The position numbers and the translations under genes are program-made. The notes beneath the pieces are model-generated. The model made no database searches, was not told the DNA's origin, and saw nothing but the letters and a program-made list of their open reading frames with translations. From the NCBI GenBank assembly GCA_964106645.2, contig OZ067043.1: a DNA stretch of 64,000 nt. One strand, 5' to 3'. This document shows positions 37,601 to 50,430 of this stretch, one piece after another; within the stretch, counting starts at the first letter, position 1; each line of letters opens with the position of its first letter. The DNA comes from Podarcis pityusensis. Its lineage: Eukaryota.

Positions 37601-40171
37601 AGCAGGCAGAATTACTGCAGATGGCTAACTAGCAGCTCCAGTTTTGTAATCAATAGCCTGATCAATTGATTAAATTAACACTGATTTTCTTCCGTCTTCC
37701 TGGCCTATATGAAAAATTAGTTTGCAGTGAGCATGCAGGTTTGGCTTATAAAATACAGGCCTTGTTATGCTATCCCATGACTCTTTTCTATCAAGTTTGA
37801 GTGCATTGTTATTTAAATCAGTGGACAGCAAGACATGCTGCTTCCACTAGTGCCTTTAAATGGGGACATTGCTCTGGGTTGCTTACCAAACTTGACTACT
37901 TCATGCTCGGCTGCTTTAGAAAAGTCGTCCCCTCAGCTTTTCCGCCTTCCTCTGTTATTGGCAGAATTGCAATGTGACTGTGATCCCTGTCAGTGGTGCT
38001 TATTGATCCAGTGATGTGAACCTGTTTAGTGATTCAAGATTACTTTAATTCCCCTCTTTCCTTTTTTGTTTTCCCTCGCTCCTTACATGAACAAAAATTC
38101 CCCTGAGCCACCTTCATGGAAATTACGCCAATGATTGCTAAGCCTCTGCTTGCAAATTTCCCTTTGTATGGCAGCCTTCCACATACAAGCACACAAATGC
38201 ATGCACGCCTCCTGCTGAACATTAGCCTGGCACAGAACTGGAGGAATTGCCATAGCAGCTTGGATATGGGATCCTCTTTCCAGCTGTATCCACTGTGTGA
38301 TGGAGGCACAAAGGGGAACTTGTGTAGTGCTCTCAGCCAAGTTCTGAGGTGCTGTTTACAGGAGGAAAAATCCTTTTGCAGGCAACCAGCTTGCCCCCTG
38401 AGGCACAGGCTTGATGACTTTCACCTTGGCATGCAGCAGTACCACAAAATATTAATGGCCATAAAATTATACAGCCCCCTCTTAAAGTCTCCTCCTTGGT
38501 GTGTTAGTAAAGATGACTACAAGCAGTTGGGATGCAGACTTGCAGCCTAGGCTCTGTTTTCTTACAGCGTGAAAGATGACTTTAGAGTGGCAGCTCTACT
38601 ACAATGATCCATATGCATGGCCTCAAACACTGAAGACCTATGTGTGTATTTTATAAATCCCATGATCCTGATTAAGTTATTTCATAGCAGCCAGTGAAAA
38701 CCAGACTTTGCATTTTTCTGTGGTCAGGTTAGTTTTCCATCAACCTGGAGTCATGAACATTACTAATCCAATTCATCTTTACCTGATCGTTTATAGTGCA
38801 ACAGGGTAATAGAACAATGCAATTTAATAACTAATTCCAACAAACATTAGCCATCAAAGGTTGACTACAGTGATCCTTTCCTTTTGCCCTTTCTTTTTAA
38901 AAGAGTCAAGGCAGTTTGCTTTTCCCCAAGCCATTTTTAAAGAAAAGCTACATCCGTGCCACTATGCTCTCTTGATGCTAGTTTGGGGATGTTTCGGCAG
39001 CTGAGGAAACAAACACTGCCAAGAGCTGTTCCCAGGAAATGTGTGTGAGGCCTGGCAGCATTAAAACACTTTTATTGCTGCTTTTGGGGGTGGGGGAGAG
39101 TTATTCCTTATCCAGGAAGGAGCAAGCAACACTTTAGGCAAAGCAGGTGAATGAGCTCAGCCAGAGGTTGGTAGATGTTGTGGGAAAAGTAATTAACAAA
39201 ACCTGCTGTTTTTTTTTAGTCTTTAACTAGAGACTGTATTTTTTACCAAATCTCTCTATATTACCCACAAGCGCTGTAAACACTCATCTGATTTCTGGCC
39301 ATTACAGCCTTGGCTAGGTCTCTGCACCAAGTGAGAGGTAGAGCATAATTCAGTTTTTGGAGATTTTTTATAGTGAAGAATCAAGTGTTGTGCCTTGTGC
39401 ACCTTGAGCACATTAGGGACCAACACTAAAGACTCTTCCGTTGTAGGAGCAGGACAGACAAGATATGCATGTCATAAGCAGATTAGCTCTTCTGCTCTGC
39501 ACTAGAGCATTGCTAAAGGTTCTTCTGGCAGGTCATTATTTCATTTGTTATTTATATTTTGGATTTATGTCCTGTCAGTTTTATTCAAAAAGAGCCCTCT
39601 AGGTGGCTTACAATTTAAAATCAATAACAATACACAGCAACGTATCCATAAATGACAACCAGTGACACACAGTTAAATTATAAGCAGTAGCAACTTCAGT
39701 AGGAAGTAATCATGTGTGAGCAAATTTGGAATAATAAATAGTGAGTGAAAACAAATAGTCGACTCCTAGCATTCCGGACAGTGGAACTCTAAAGCCATTG
39801 TGTGCTACTATTCACAATGCCTAAATGATAATCAGACAAGTGGGAGATTTACCCCTTAAATGCTGTAAAGAATAAAACAGATTCTGTGCTTTATTTGCTT
39901 CAGTTCTACTCTTCACCTATATAAAGATGATGTGCAGTCTCATTTCTGTACAGAATCTGTTTTTAGCACTAGAAAGTTGCATACATAATGGTAAATAACC
40001 AGCCCAACTAAGGATACAATTGTACCCCAAGACCAGTTTTAGTTTTTTGTTTTTTTTTAAGTTTTCTTATTGCTAAGGAATTGCAAAGTGAATTACAATG
40101 CAACTGCTACTTATAACCAAGCAAAGCACGGTTCACGTATGGCCTTGTTATGATGCACCGTTGCCTGTACT

Positions 40172-40436
40172 CAGTGCTGGTGCCAGATATTTTGCACCCT
40201 AGGTAAAGCTAACCTTGCACACACGCATACCCCCCAAAATGGCTAACTTCAGTTTACAAAAAATGATGTATTGTAGAAATCATAAAATTCTTCAAAATAT
40301 AAAATATTACTAGAAATTCATAAGCTATAACAAAAAATCAATCTGTAAACTGTGCGCCTAAAAGGTCAGCACTGCGCGCCTCTGAGGTCTGTGCCCTAGG
40401 TGGCTGCCTAGTTGGCCTAATGATAGCACTGGCCTC
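40172..40436. mobile_element. Degenerate hAT-type MITE
   Basis: Ends cagtgctggtgc / gcactggcctc. 8-bp TSD cctgtact / cctttact (7 of 8). Repeated gc(a/c)cctagg motifs. Confidence 0.65.
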
Positions 40437-40839
40437 CCTTTACTGAATCCATGGTTCTGAACCCCACCTATGAGCAAAATTGGAATATATTTTTGTTTCT
40501 CTAGATTGAGTTGTGCAAGACACCGTATATGTTTCAAGTTTGAATCAGGTGAAATAATATGTTGCCTATCTTTGTGGTAAAAGCCGACTTAAAATACAGG
40601 TGGCAGTTTTGTGCACATCCAATTGATTCATGACTGCTGATGCCTGGGTACTTTTGGACTCCACCAACATTTGTAGGGCCCAGGAACAGAATTCCCATGC
40701 AAATTGGTCGCCACCTGTATTTATCTTTTTAGAGAAGATGGGCATGCTTGTATATAAAGACTTTAAACTATTTAAAGCGTGGAATGAGCTGTCCATGTTT
40801 GTGTGTGAGAGAGAAAGGGGGTGGGGACTTTCTGTGTAA

Positions 40840-41680
40840 TTTCATTCATTTATTTACATTTATACCCTGCACTCTCAATTTAAAGTCATTTTTTCTAATG
40901 CAGAAAAGCTAAAGCAACAACTAAGCTATAAATACCAATTTTTTTAGGAAAACAGAAATATATTTGCTAGGTACCTTAATGATAGTAGTAAGAGTGCTAG
41001 GTAGGTCTCTCTGGGAAGGGTATTCCAAAGAAAAGGCACCATCATTGCAAAGACTGGCTCTGTTACCTTCTGCTGCACTTCCATTTGGTGGGGGCTCCAA
41101 GAGAAGAGACAACAGAGGACAATCTCAGTAGATGAGCAGATTGATCCAAGATAAAGTAGTGAAACGGGTATCTGGATGCTGGGCTTTAAAGGTTAAGAAC
41201 AACCCTTTGAATTGAGCTTGGAAAGTTGCCTGGAATCAGCAAAGCTCTTTCAGTACAGACAAGATATGATCTCTACAGCTGGTCCCTGTTGGCTGTTTAG
41301 CCTCAGTATTCTAAATTAGCTTCAGTAATCCAACCCAGAATTTACCAGGACATGGCTAACTATGACTAGACTTTCAGGGGCAGGGGTGGGGGGTGGGGTG
41401 GGCAGTTATCAGCTTGAGTTGATAGGTCTTTTGTGCTGCTGAGGTTATTTGAGCCTCAAATGATGAATCTGAAAACACTCATAGTCTGAGTACCTGATCC
41501 TCTAGAGAGGGTGCAATCACTTCCAGATCTTGTTGAATACCACCTCTCTGCACCTCCGTCTTGTCTAGATTGAATTTCAATTTATTGACCCATATCCAGT
41601 CCATTACTTCTCCCAAATACTGAATCAGTACTTTTCTGACTCAGTTGGGGGAAAAGTAGAGCTATTATTGTATAACAGCA
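40840..41680 (-). mobile_element. Old decayed L2 LINE fragment
   Basis: Starts with cattcatttatttacatttataccctgc (tail). Contains ggctttaaaggttaagaacaaccctttgaattg and gtcttgtctagattgaatttcaatttattgacccatatcca (WxxxNKLKxNxDKT on minus). Confidence 0.6.
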
Positions 41681-43469
41681 ATATGGAATGTTCCATTACT
41701 TCCAGCTTCCAGAAGTGCAGTTCTATTGCAGCCCCAATTTTATTCGCAACACAAATATAATGGTGTTAGTTAGGGCTTTGCAGCAAGAGGAAAAATATTT
41801 ACATCTTTTAAAAAATATGTGGGTTTTAGTTCTGGAGTGATGGAATACAAATTCTTTCATGAAAAATAAATTTATTGAAATGGAATGCAGGGAAGATGTA
41901 GTTACGCACTTTACCAGTGAACATTCATGTGAGCGCTTACTCTGTACGACGTATAAAATATATATTTGTTTTTAAAGGGCATGGGATTTTATCTTACTAG
42001 CGTAGTCATGGGTGCTGTTAAACATACAGATGTCTAGCAAAACAGTGCTTCTAGGTTGTACTTCGAGTGGGGAGGCATTAGATTTTTTGGAAGTAAAAGG
42101 CCATGTATCTTCCCATCCCAGACATTCTAGTTTGATCATGATTGAAAAAACAGACCCACACATTGCATGCAAAAAGAGGATGGTGGAAGCGAAAATATGT
42201 CACAAGAGTGGAAAAGGAAAAAGATGTTGTGTTTATAGTCACCCAAGAGAATAATGCTGGTCACCTTCATTAATAAGATAATTAATTCATTTTAATCTAG
42301 GTATGCTTGTCATATCATCATATTCCGTGGCAGTGAATGCCACAGACTATTGATGCATTTCTGTTTTGCTTGTAAATGAATTTCATCACACCCTCTAATC
42401 TAGAAGTATACCAAGTAGTAGGTCAGTGTTCTCTATTATTTCCCTCCCAAACTGTTCATAATTTCAGTAACACCTATGTCATGCTATATATCTTATCCAC
42501 TCATACAGAAGAACCGTGGAAACAGATTATAGAAAAATGGTTCTTTAGAAAGGCATAAATAATCATTTTTAAACTCAGAAATTGGAGAGGGGGAGAGCTG
42601 TCTAATGTGTGCAGTTTAGATCTGGCCTGCTACACATATGAGATGGGCCTCTTTACTCGTAGCAAAGGTCCTGTGGCTCATATCTCTTGTGGGGCTGTTT
42701 CTTGCTCAGAACTCCTAGAATGTTCAGCATTAACTCAATTTTGGTGCTGGGTCCAGCTGCTTCAAGGCCAGGCAGAGCAGAGCTGTGTACACAGTGCTCG
42801 AGGGCTACTGTGCTCTCAAGGTAAGTGATCTTGATAGGTACATTCTGACTGATGAGAGAGTTTGTCTCCCGAACTGTCACAGGGTTTATAGAGGTGCCAC
42901 TCAACACTGGAGCTGGAATTGCTTGTCAGAGCAGCCGCCTACAAGAGCAATGGGGATTGGAGACAGAACAGTAACTTTGTTTTTTCTTGGCTTAATGGCT
43001 CCCGAGTCTGACCTGCATGCTCACTCTTGTTTGTCTGGACCTTTAGAAAGGCATCTTGGATTAAGACTGTCAGAAAATGGTGTTTCTTTAGCTTCAGTAG
43101 GGTTAGTTATATCACCAAAAGTAAATGGTATTCAGCCAAAAGCTAGCAGATTGGAAGGATGAGTTGGCAAAATTATTTTCTCTAAGGAATGCCAAATTGG
43201 GAATTAAGAAGTCTTACGACACAATTTTAATAATTTTAAATTTCAGTGATTTAACTGTAATACACTTGCCTCATCCGAAAGCAAAAATATGCTTTATCCC
43301 TTTAAAACTTCTCTACTACTTCTTCTTCTTTGAGTCTATTTAAGCTGCTGCATAAATACTAGTTAATAACACGATAGCCTGCTTTGTGTTCTTTTAACCA
43401 CCCCAGATGAGAAGACATCAAAATGGGCCTAAATACACAGCATTTTATTCTGATTAGTCATATTTGGAA

Positions 43470-43620
43470 GAATGTGGTGATGCCCAATGGCTTTAACAGA
43501 GATTTAGCAAATTCTTGGAGGATAGCCCTGTAAGCTGCTACTGGACATGATTACTAAATGGAACCTCCATCTTCAAAGGTGGTCTCCTGGGTACCCATTG
43601 CTGGGGCTAGCAGCACAGGA
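43470..43620 (+). mobile_element. CR1 fragment
   Basis: gtggtgatgcc...atggctttaacagagatttagcaaattcttggaggatag parallels the CR1 copy at 24600-24700. Confidence 0.5.
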
Positions 43621-43698
43621 GGTTGCATGACTTGAAAGTACTGAATGATAAGAAAGGGGGAACTTAATCTGGAACAAAGTTAATCATAATAATAATAA

Positions 43699-43747
43699 AA
43701 AAATCCTTCCAGTAGCACCTTTAAGACCAACTAAGTTAGTTCTTGGT
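43699..43747. mobile_element. Penelope-like repeat fragment
   Basis: aaaaatccttccagtagcacctttaagaccaactaag is the reverse-complement relative of 8305-8355. Confidence 0.45.
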
Positions 43748-46700
43748 AAGTTAATCATGACCTCTACTGCCCTCTGGGGGCTGGGTTTGGCCAAGATTCT
43801 GCCTTGGAATCTGATTTGTATCCCATTCAACAGCCCTGGAATATGTGAAATGTAAGGCAGCACATCTAAGCACTAGTCTGCCCAATCTAAAGTTTAAGAA
43901 TTTCTAGAACAGCAGGCATAGGTTCCAAGTAGGCTTCAGACCCAGCACATATCTTTTTGAAAACAAAACAATGCTCTTTCCCAAGCAGAGCCCAACCATC
44001 CTCTCTGAACCAGTGCAAAATAATAATAAAAATAATGCACCTCCTCTTTCTCGCACCTGAAGTCCTGACTTGAAAATTCATTGCTTTCTGGCTGCTACAA
44101 GGGAAATGTTGCCAGCGGTGTTCAGGATGAGATTGCTTATGGCTGACCAGAGAACTGAGGAAGCAGTGAGCTAGCCTAGACGAGTGAGGCTTGGGGATTT
44201 CATTGATGCATGCATGCACAATCCCACATCCTGCAGCTTTCTCCTCTACATAAATGGTTACTTTCTAAGTGAGAAGGTGGTAGGACTGAAATAAGCTTTG
44301 AAGTGTCTGAGAGGAAAGGTTTTCTGTTTTATTTTACAGTTAGAATTTGAAGCAAGGACTGCCCTTTTGTTGATAACATTAAGAATTGACAGGGAGGCAG
44401 CAGGAGAGAGAGGCTTATGCAGTATGAGTCCATTACCAGAAAGGCCCCGATTGCCTACCAATTAATAGATCTTAATGGCTGATTTACGAGCAGGACCCAG
44501 GCAGATTCATATGGGTACAGACTTTTCCTCAAATAGCCTACAAATTAAGAAAGGGATATGCATTCATAAACATGGAGGACAAATTGGTTTGAACCCTAAA
44601 AGCTAGTATGATTATGTCAGGTAAGAGGTCTGGTCTCCCTGAAATGCATTGCCCCAAGCAAGCAACCACCTGGGTATATTAGAACCATTAGCCTTATGGG
44701 CAGGGAAGTCATGGAATTGCCTTCAAGCATTTTTGTTGGAATTCTTCTCTCTCTTGGACTTCCTGTCCTTTTCCCCACTCAGGGTGGAATTGTGCTTGTG
44801 CCAAAGACTAGTAGTGTGGTTGGTTTTTTTTAGATCTTTACACTTCATTTGCACGTGTGCATGCACATATGTGCACACATAGCAGCTATGATCCTATTGG
44901 GTTGTCCTGCTTTTATAAACCCCATTTAATTCATTTATAAAGGTTCTTGTCCAGAAATCTGGTTTGAATGAGCCTGGGATGAATAATTAATGTAAATCGG
45001 TTTAGACCTCCAATATTTAAACAGCTGCTGGCGTGTTTTCACTGGCTCTGTACAGTGAAAAAATGTGAGTGAGTTGGGACACAAAAGTGTAACAAAAGCC
45101 TTGACCCTGTTGGAATCGTCCCTATATCCATCCTTATGCTGGGCACAGGGTCCCTTTTTATAGGTAGTGTCAGCCATGTAGGAGTCACTCTTGAGATTCT
45201 GGAGATACTATAATGTTACCCAGTGGCAACTCAAGAATTAAAAAATAAATAAATCTCCCTCAGTTACTGCATCATAGAGCAGAGACCCATGACTTTCTGA
45301 AGCTGGCAGGTAGATTGCTTATGCATCAAGTCTTCCTGTAGATGCATGAACTTGTTTTGTTCCACACAATGAGAACTCCAGACCACTTCTGCCACCCATA
45401 ACACTTCTGACTTCTGTTGTGCTCTCCTGATGAAGCATAAGAAGCTTTACAGACTTAATTTTCCTTCTTTGGCAAAGTCAGTTGACTGGAGGACAGAAAG
45501 GTAGGATGCTAAGTGTTGACTACAGTAAGTAAATTTCATGTGCATACATGCACAGCATTCCAAAATATGAAAGAAAAAAGATAGGCGACTAGAACTTTTA
45601 TGCATAATGAGTAATGCAACATTTTCTTAATTTACATTTTCTGGTTGCAGAATTTATTATTGTATTTAACGAAATGTATATACCACTTGCTAGGCTTCTT
45701 GTAAAGGGCTTAGAAGTTTTGCTGCAATCAAGTGGTATGTATGTTTTGTTAAATAAAGTAGTGACAACATTCCCCTAGTGTTCTGCAGTATCACCAAATC
45801 TTGCAAGTGATTCTGTAAGTCAGTATGAGATTTTTCTTTCCTTCCTTTTCTCTTCTCTCCCCGCCCCCACCCTGTGGCTATGGCCATTTCTGGCCAGCTA
45901 CCCATTTCAATTTTTAAGCCTCTTAAATACAGTACTATGGGCTATAGTTAACTAACTTGTTGGGCAGGTTGGCATAGCTTGGGGAAAACAGCCTGGCAGA
46001 CCAAGATTGGGCCAGGATTTGACAATATTTACTGGGTTCTAACAATAATTTCAGAAAATAAAGTTTCAACAGAGAGAAATCTGATCAAAATTCTACTTAC
46101 GACTCTTCCTCCTATCAGGAACCCGTGTTAGCCTTGCCCACTTACTGTCTCATTAGGACTTAATTTCAGGCCTGGTTGAAATGAAACTGTGATCATACTT
46201 TAGGTTCCTTCAAGGTGCAGCCCTAGTATTCCATATAACAATTTGGACTCCGGTGGCATCATAGGCTTCTCTCTTCTACTTTGCAGTCTTTTAACTGCGC
46301 TTCCTGAGCACATATAGAAAAATGCAACTGTGAAAACGAGATTCTTGTCTCTGACTTTGTATGGTAAACTTTTGTTGCTTGTACTGTATTCTGGTAGCTT
46401 AATTTGACATATAGGACAAGAAATTGGATTTCCTAAAAGCTGCTTCTTTCTCCCCATTTTTGTATCAATTCTGTTACTGAAGTGAAGCAGAGATGAAATT
46501 CATTTCTATTCAAGATTTCCTCCAGCCTCAAATCTTGTTCTACATCTTTAATATAGATGGCATTCAGATCACAGCCCAGGTCAAGCCATAACTTCTGCTT
46601 TGTATTTGAGAGATGGTGGGAAAGAAAGAAGCTTGTGTGTTTAGAGGCTGGGCTTTTTAGAAATTACAAGCTAAATTATACCTGATACTGGCATACTGCA

Positions 46701-48771
46701 GGCCAGTATCTGTGTGACCTCATTGTCTCTACCAGTGTGAAATAGCACTCATGCTCTTTGGGCAACTATGGAAAAGTACCACAGTCTTTAGCAACTCTGT
46801 CCTGTTTTAAATCTAAATAAACTGAAAAGTTGGTACTTGCTAGACAAACCATTGCTGAGGAGGCTTCAAAATCCTGGGCAATTTGGGGTACTTCCAGATG
46901 TGGGCGTTACAACATAAATAAGTTACAAAAATCCAGCTTTTCTATGTGTGGGTTTTAGCAGATAAGTTTCCACAAATTCCATTTTTTCAGTCATGAATAT
47001 TCATTGCTATTCCGTTTTCTACACCAGTGGGTAGAACTTGATGGAAAGTATCTGGGCTGTTTTTCTGTCCCTTATGTCAGTCATTCCCCATCCTTTCCCC
47101 CCCTCCACTACTGTTCTGGGGATTTTTGCAGGTATTTCAGTTCCTGTGCATGCACATCTTTAAAGAAAAGCAAAAACCCAGGAAGTCTGCAGGAGCAAAC
47201 ATTAGCAACCTTAGTTATCATTTTTCACAGTGGACAAAATGGAGGTGTGCAAAGGCTAGCCAGGATTTCTCTATAAACTGTATTGCCAAATTGTGTGTTG
47301 TCTTGAAAACATGGCATCCAACTACCATTGCAAAATGGCAGAAAATATCTGAGCTAACTTCTTTTGAAAGTAGTATTCTAGAGCAAAAGTGAGAGAGGTT
47401 GCTGATTTTTTTCTTTCCAAACATGTCCCCTTCCTGGAAAGTTGCTCTGGAAGCTCAGGGGACCATCTGAAACAACATGGGAGATGGCACTGAAAGGTGA
47501 AGGGAAAATCTGCAAAATATGCCGCCACCCTCTTCCTCCTAGAGGAGGAATGGAGCCCTTCCATTTTCAGAGGTTGAAATAGAAACTTACTCATAGAAAA
47601 ATAAGTTCCACACTACAGCCCAAAGTGGGTAAACAAAACAATTTTGCTTTTAAATCCTTCATTTGAGCTGTATAACACTGAATTATCTGAGTGCAGAATC
47701 TGGGATTCTAGCACAGAATTTTCGACTGCCCATAAGAGAGTTGTACAGGCAAGTACAATATTAGACTTAGGGGCTGGTGCAACTGAAAGGAATGAAAGGT
47801 TGATGGAGGGATTTTGCATTTGTGCATAAAGTCTAGATGCCAGATTTATGACTAGGATTGGATGCCTCTGGTAATTTGAGACGAGGATATTCCTTATAAC
47901 ATCACTTGATTTTTGCTTTTGTCCATTCAATACTAAATATACTCCTTTCTTTGAAACACCTCCAATAAACAACACCTTTGTCCCCTTGGCTCTCTGCTCA
48001 TTAAAATCTTTGTGATGTGATCTAACCCAGTGCATGGGCACGGGGTGGGGTGGGGGTGGGATGGCAAGCAATTCAGTTTTATGAAATTGTAAAGATCATG
48101 AAGGAAGTGATGATAGTGTTTGGAACCAGTTTCCTTCCTGCACACAAAAGTATTCTGCTTTACATATCAGTTTATGTGTGGTCCATCAAGCCTGCATTGA
48201 ACCCTTATTTCTCACTTCCCCATTTTTGCATTTGGAGTCTATAGAATTCTTCTGTGGTATACAAGCCTGGAGTGTGTTTTTCATCTCCCATATTAATTGG
48301 ATGTTTCTACGCATTTACCACCTCCTGTTTGCAACAAACCTAATAAATCACAGACTTGCTAGTTTTTGGCTTGAGTACACTTTTTCTGTTGCTGAGCAGT
48401 TCTGCTTCCCAGTCCAGTTTATCTCTGACAGACTGTGTCATGACTCACAATTCTCTTTGCTCCCCCAGCGCGCTCTGTCTCTCTATATAGAGAAAGAGAT
48501 TTATAGATCAAGATATATCGTGACCTCTCTTCATACTTATGAAATTTTACAATGTTACCATTGTATTACATACAGTTGAGACAGAGAGATAGCCTGGATC
48601 AAACCATAGCTAAAATGAGCCTGGAGGAAAGTGACTGCTGGAAACCTATGCAGCTAAAAGACTGCTTTCTCTCTCCCATGCCATCTTTCCCCTCCCCTAG
48701 ACTTGCCCAGGCCACATTTTGTTCCTCTGTGCCCTGTGGTGACACATTGCACATCTTTTCTTTTCCTTCAG

Positions 48772-48868
48772 GGTCCGGGTTTGTCATGTGCAGCGGCAAG
48801 GAGAATCCAGACAGTGATGCTGACCTTGATGTGGATGGAGATGACACACTGGAATATGGAAAGCCACA
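48772..48868 (+). CDS. RNF220: RNF220 coding exon (GSGFVMCSGKENPDSDADLDVDGDDTLEYGKP), 97 nt, phase 1/2
   Basis: Acceptor ttttccttcag. Donor CA|gtatcattt is U12-like. The peptide matches RNF220. Confidence 0.96.
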
Positions 48869-49265
48869 GTATCATTTTCTAGAGGTGCTGAACTCCCACC
48901 AAGAGACTGTGGCTCTGCTGTGCCAATAAAACTCTTGCTGCTCTTGCCTAATTCATACGTTTTCATTCAGTTAGGAGAGGATTCCACAAGTTCCCTGTTC
49001 ACTGAAATTGCTCTGTTAGCAACTTTATTTACTAGTCATGAGCTGGGTAGTAATTTCACCAGTTCCAGCATCTGATTCGTCGCTGAGGAGCGATGATTTC
49101 CTCCTCTGCTGTTTTAAGATGAGCATGTTCTTATTATCAGACAGCTGTTACTGTGTTTACACGTTCCTTGTGGTGAAAGGAACCTTGTGGTCTTTGAAAT
49201 GCATTCTTTAGTACTTCAGAATTTCTGGTGCCATTCTAATTGGTGCACTATATTGAATTTGTATG

Positions 49266-49296
<31 letters not shown>

Positions 49297-49543
49297 GAAA
49301 CTAGCCTAGTGTGGAAAGGTACATTCACATTCATTGATCTGCCCATTTTGCATCTGCCCCTGCTCACCACTGCTGTGTGGGCCCCAGAAAAAGTTACCCA
49401 GAAGGAAATGTGCCCCTTGGACTACAAACAGTTCCTACCCATCCCTCAAAGGAATTCTTGGCTGCTCTGCCTTGATGGCTTGGGATAAGCAGTGAAAGCT
49501 TCTTATTCATCAGGCTGTGCTCTCCTTAACCCTCCATGCTTAG
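48869..49543 (+). other. RNF220: Probable U12-type (minor spliceosome) GT-AG intron, 675 nt
   Basis: 5' site GTATCATTT against U12 consensus GTATCCTTT. Branch sequence TCCTTAAC at 49523-49530 ends 13 nt upstream of the 3' splice junction (49543/49544). The boundaries are forced by the reading frame (CA|A TAC = Q-Y). Confidence 0.85.
49266..49293. repeat. (TG)n microsatellite inside the U12-type intron
   Basis: Read directly from the sequence. Confidence 0.95.
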
Positions 49544-49630
49544 ATACACAGAGGCAGATATCATTCCATGCACTGGGGAAGAACCAGGTGAAGCCAAGGA
49601 GAGAGAGGCGCTTCGAGGTGCAGTCTTAAA
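49544..49630 (+). CDS. RNF220: RNF220 coding exon (YTEADIIPCTGEEPGEAKEREALRGAVL), 87 nt, phase 2/2
   Basis: TAG acceptor after the U12-type branch point, donor AAA|gtaagt. The peptide matches RNF220. Confidence 0.96.
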
Positions 49631-50183
49631 GTAAGTGTGGACTTTTAAAAGTACTGTCTGGGAGTGGAGCAGGACATGCTTCATGGTGCTGGGTGGGCGG
49701 TGAGGATGTTTCTCAAAGCAGATATATCATATCAGTGTGAGATGCAAGCAGGAAGAACTTCGGAAGCAGCTACTTGCAAAGAAATTGTTACCCATCTATA
49801 ACACAGCAGTAAAGTCCCACCCTACTCCTTGGCCACATTTATGCCAAAGGTAGTAGTTCTTGCTCTTTGAGAAATTAAATCCTGACTCTGGACATAGCAC
49901 CTCGTACATGAGGCATTGTTCACTGGAAAAAACTCTCAGCTCGCCCATTAGAAATATTAAAATCAGGTAGATTTGTATAATACTGATGAGCTTATTTATT
50001 TACAGTTGAGAAATATAGGCTTTGTACAATTTAGAATTTTTGATAAGACCCACATTATGAATTTTTGACAACAGGGCAGGGTGCAAAAGTTTTTCATTGT
50101 GTGGATAAGGAAAGGAGAAGGGGTGGAAACCCTGTTAAGCATGCTTGTGCCCCATTTGAAATAAGTAAGACAAGTGCATACAG

Positions 50184-50430
50184 ATCATAGAATTGTAGAG
50201 TTTGAAGGGACTACAAGGACCATCTAGTCCAAACCCCTGCAATGCAGAAATGTCAAACCCATATACTGAGTCAATCATTGGTCCATCTAGCTCGGTATTA
50301 TTCACATCAGCCTTTGCAGATGTTTTCTACAACTTCCATCAGGTGCAGTCAACGCATCCATGCTGACTGAAACTGATGGGAGTTGTAGTCCAAAACAAAC
50401 TGGGGGGACCAGGTTGGTGAAGGTCAGTCT
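50184..50430. mobile_element. Cluster: CR1 3' end (minus), Squam2-like tail fragment and hAT-like MITE
   Basis: atcatagaattgtagagtttgaaggg is the reverse complement of the 59750-59790 tail; tactgagtcaatcattggtccatctagctc; gatgggagttgtagtcc. Confidence 0.55.

Noticed and set aside
41377-41403. G-run cluster (potential G-quadruplex); similar runs at ~31270 and ~61310
   Set aside because: Common low-complexity sequence, here inside a decayed L2, with no evidence of function.
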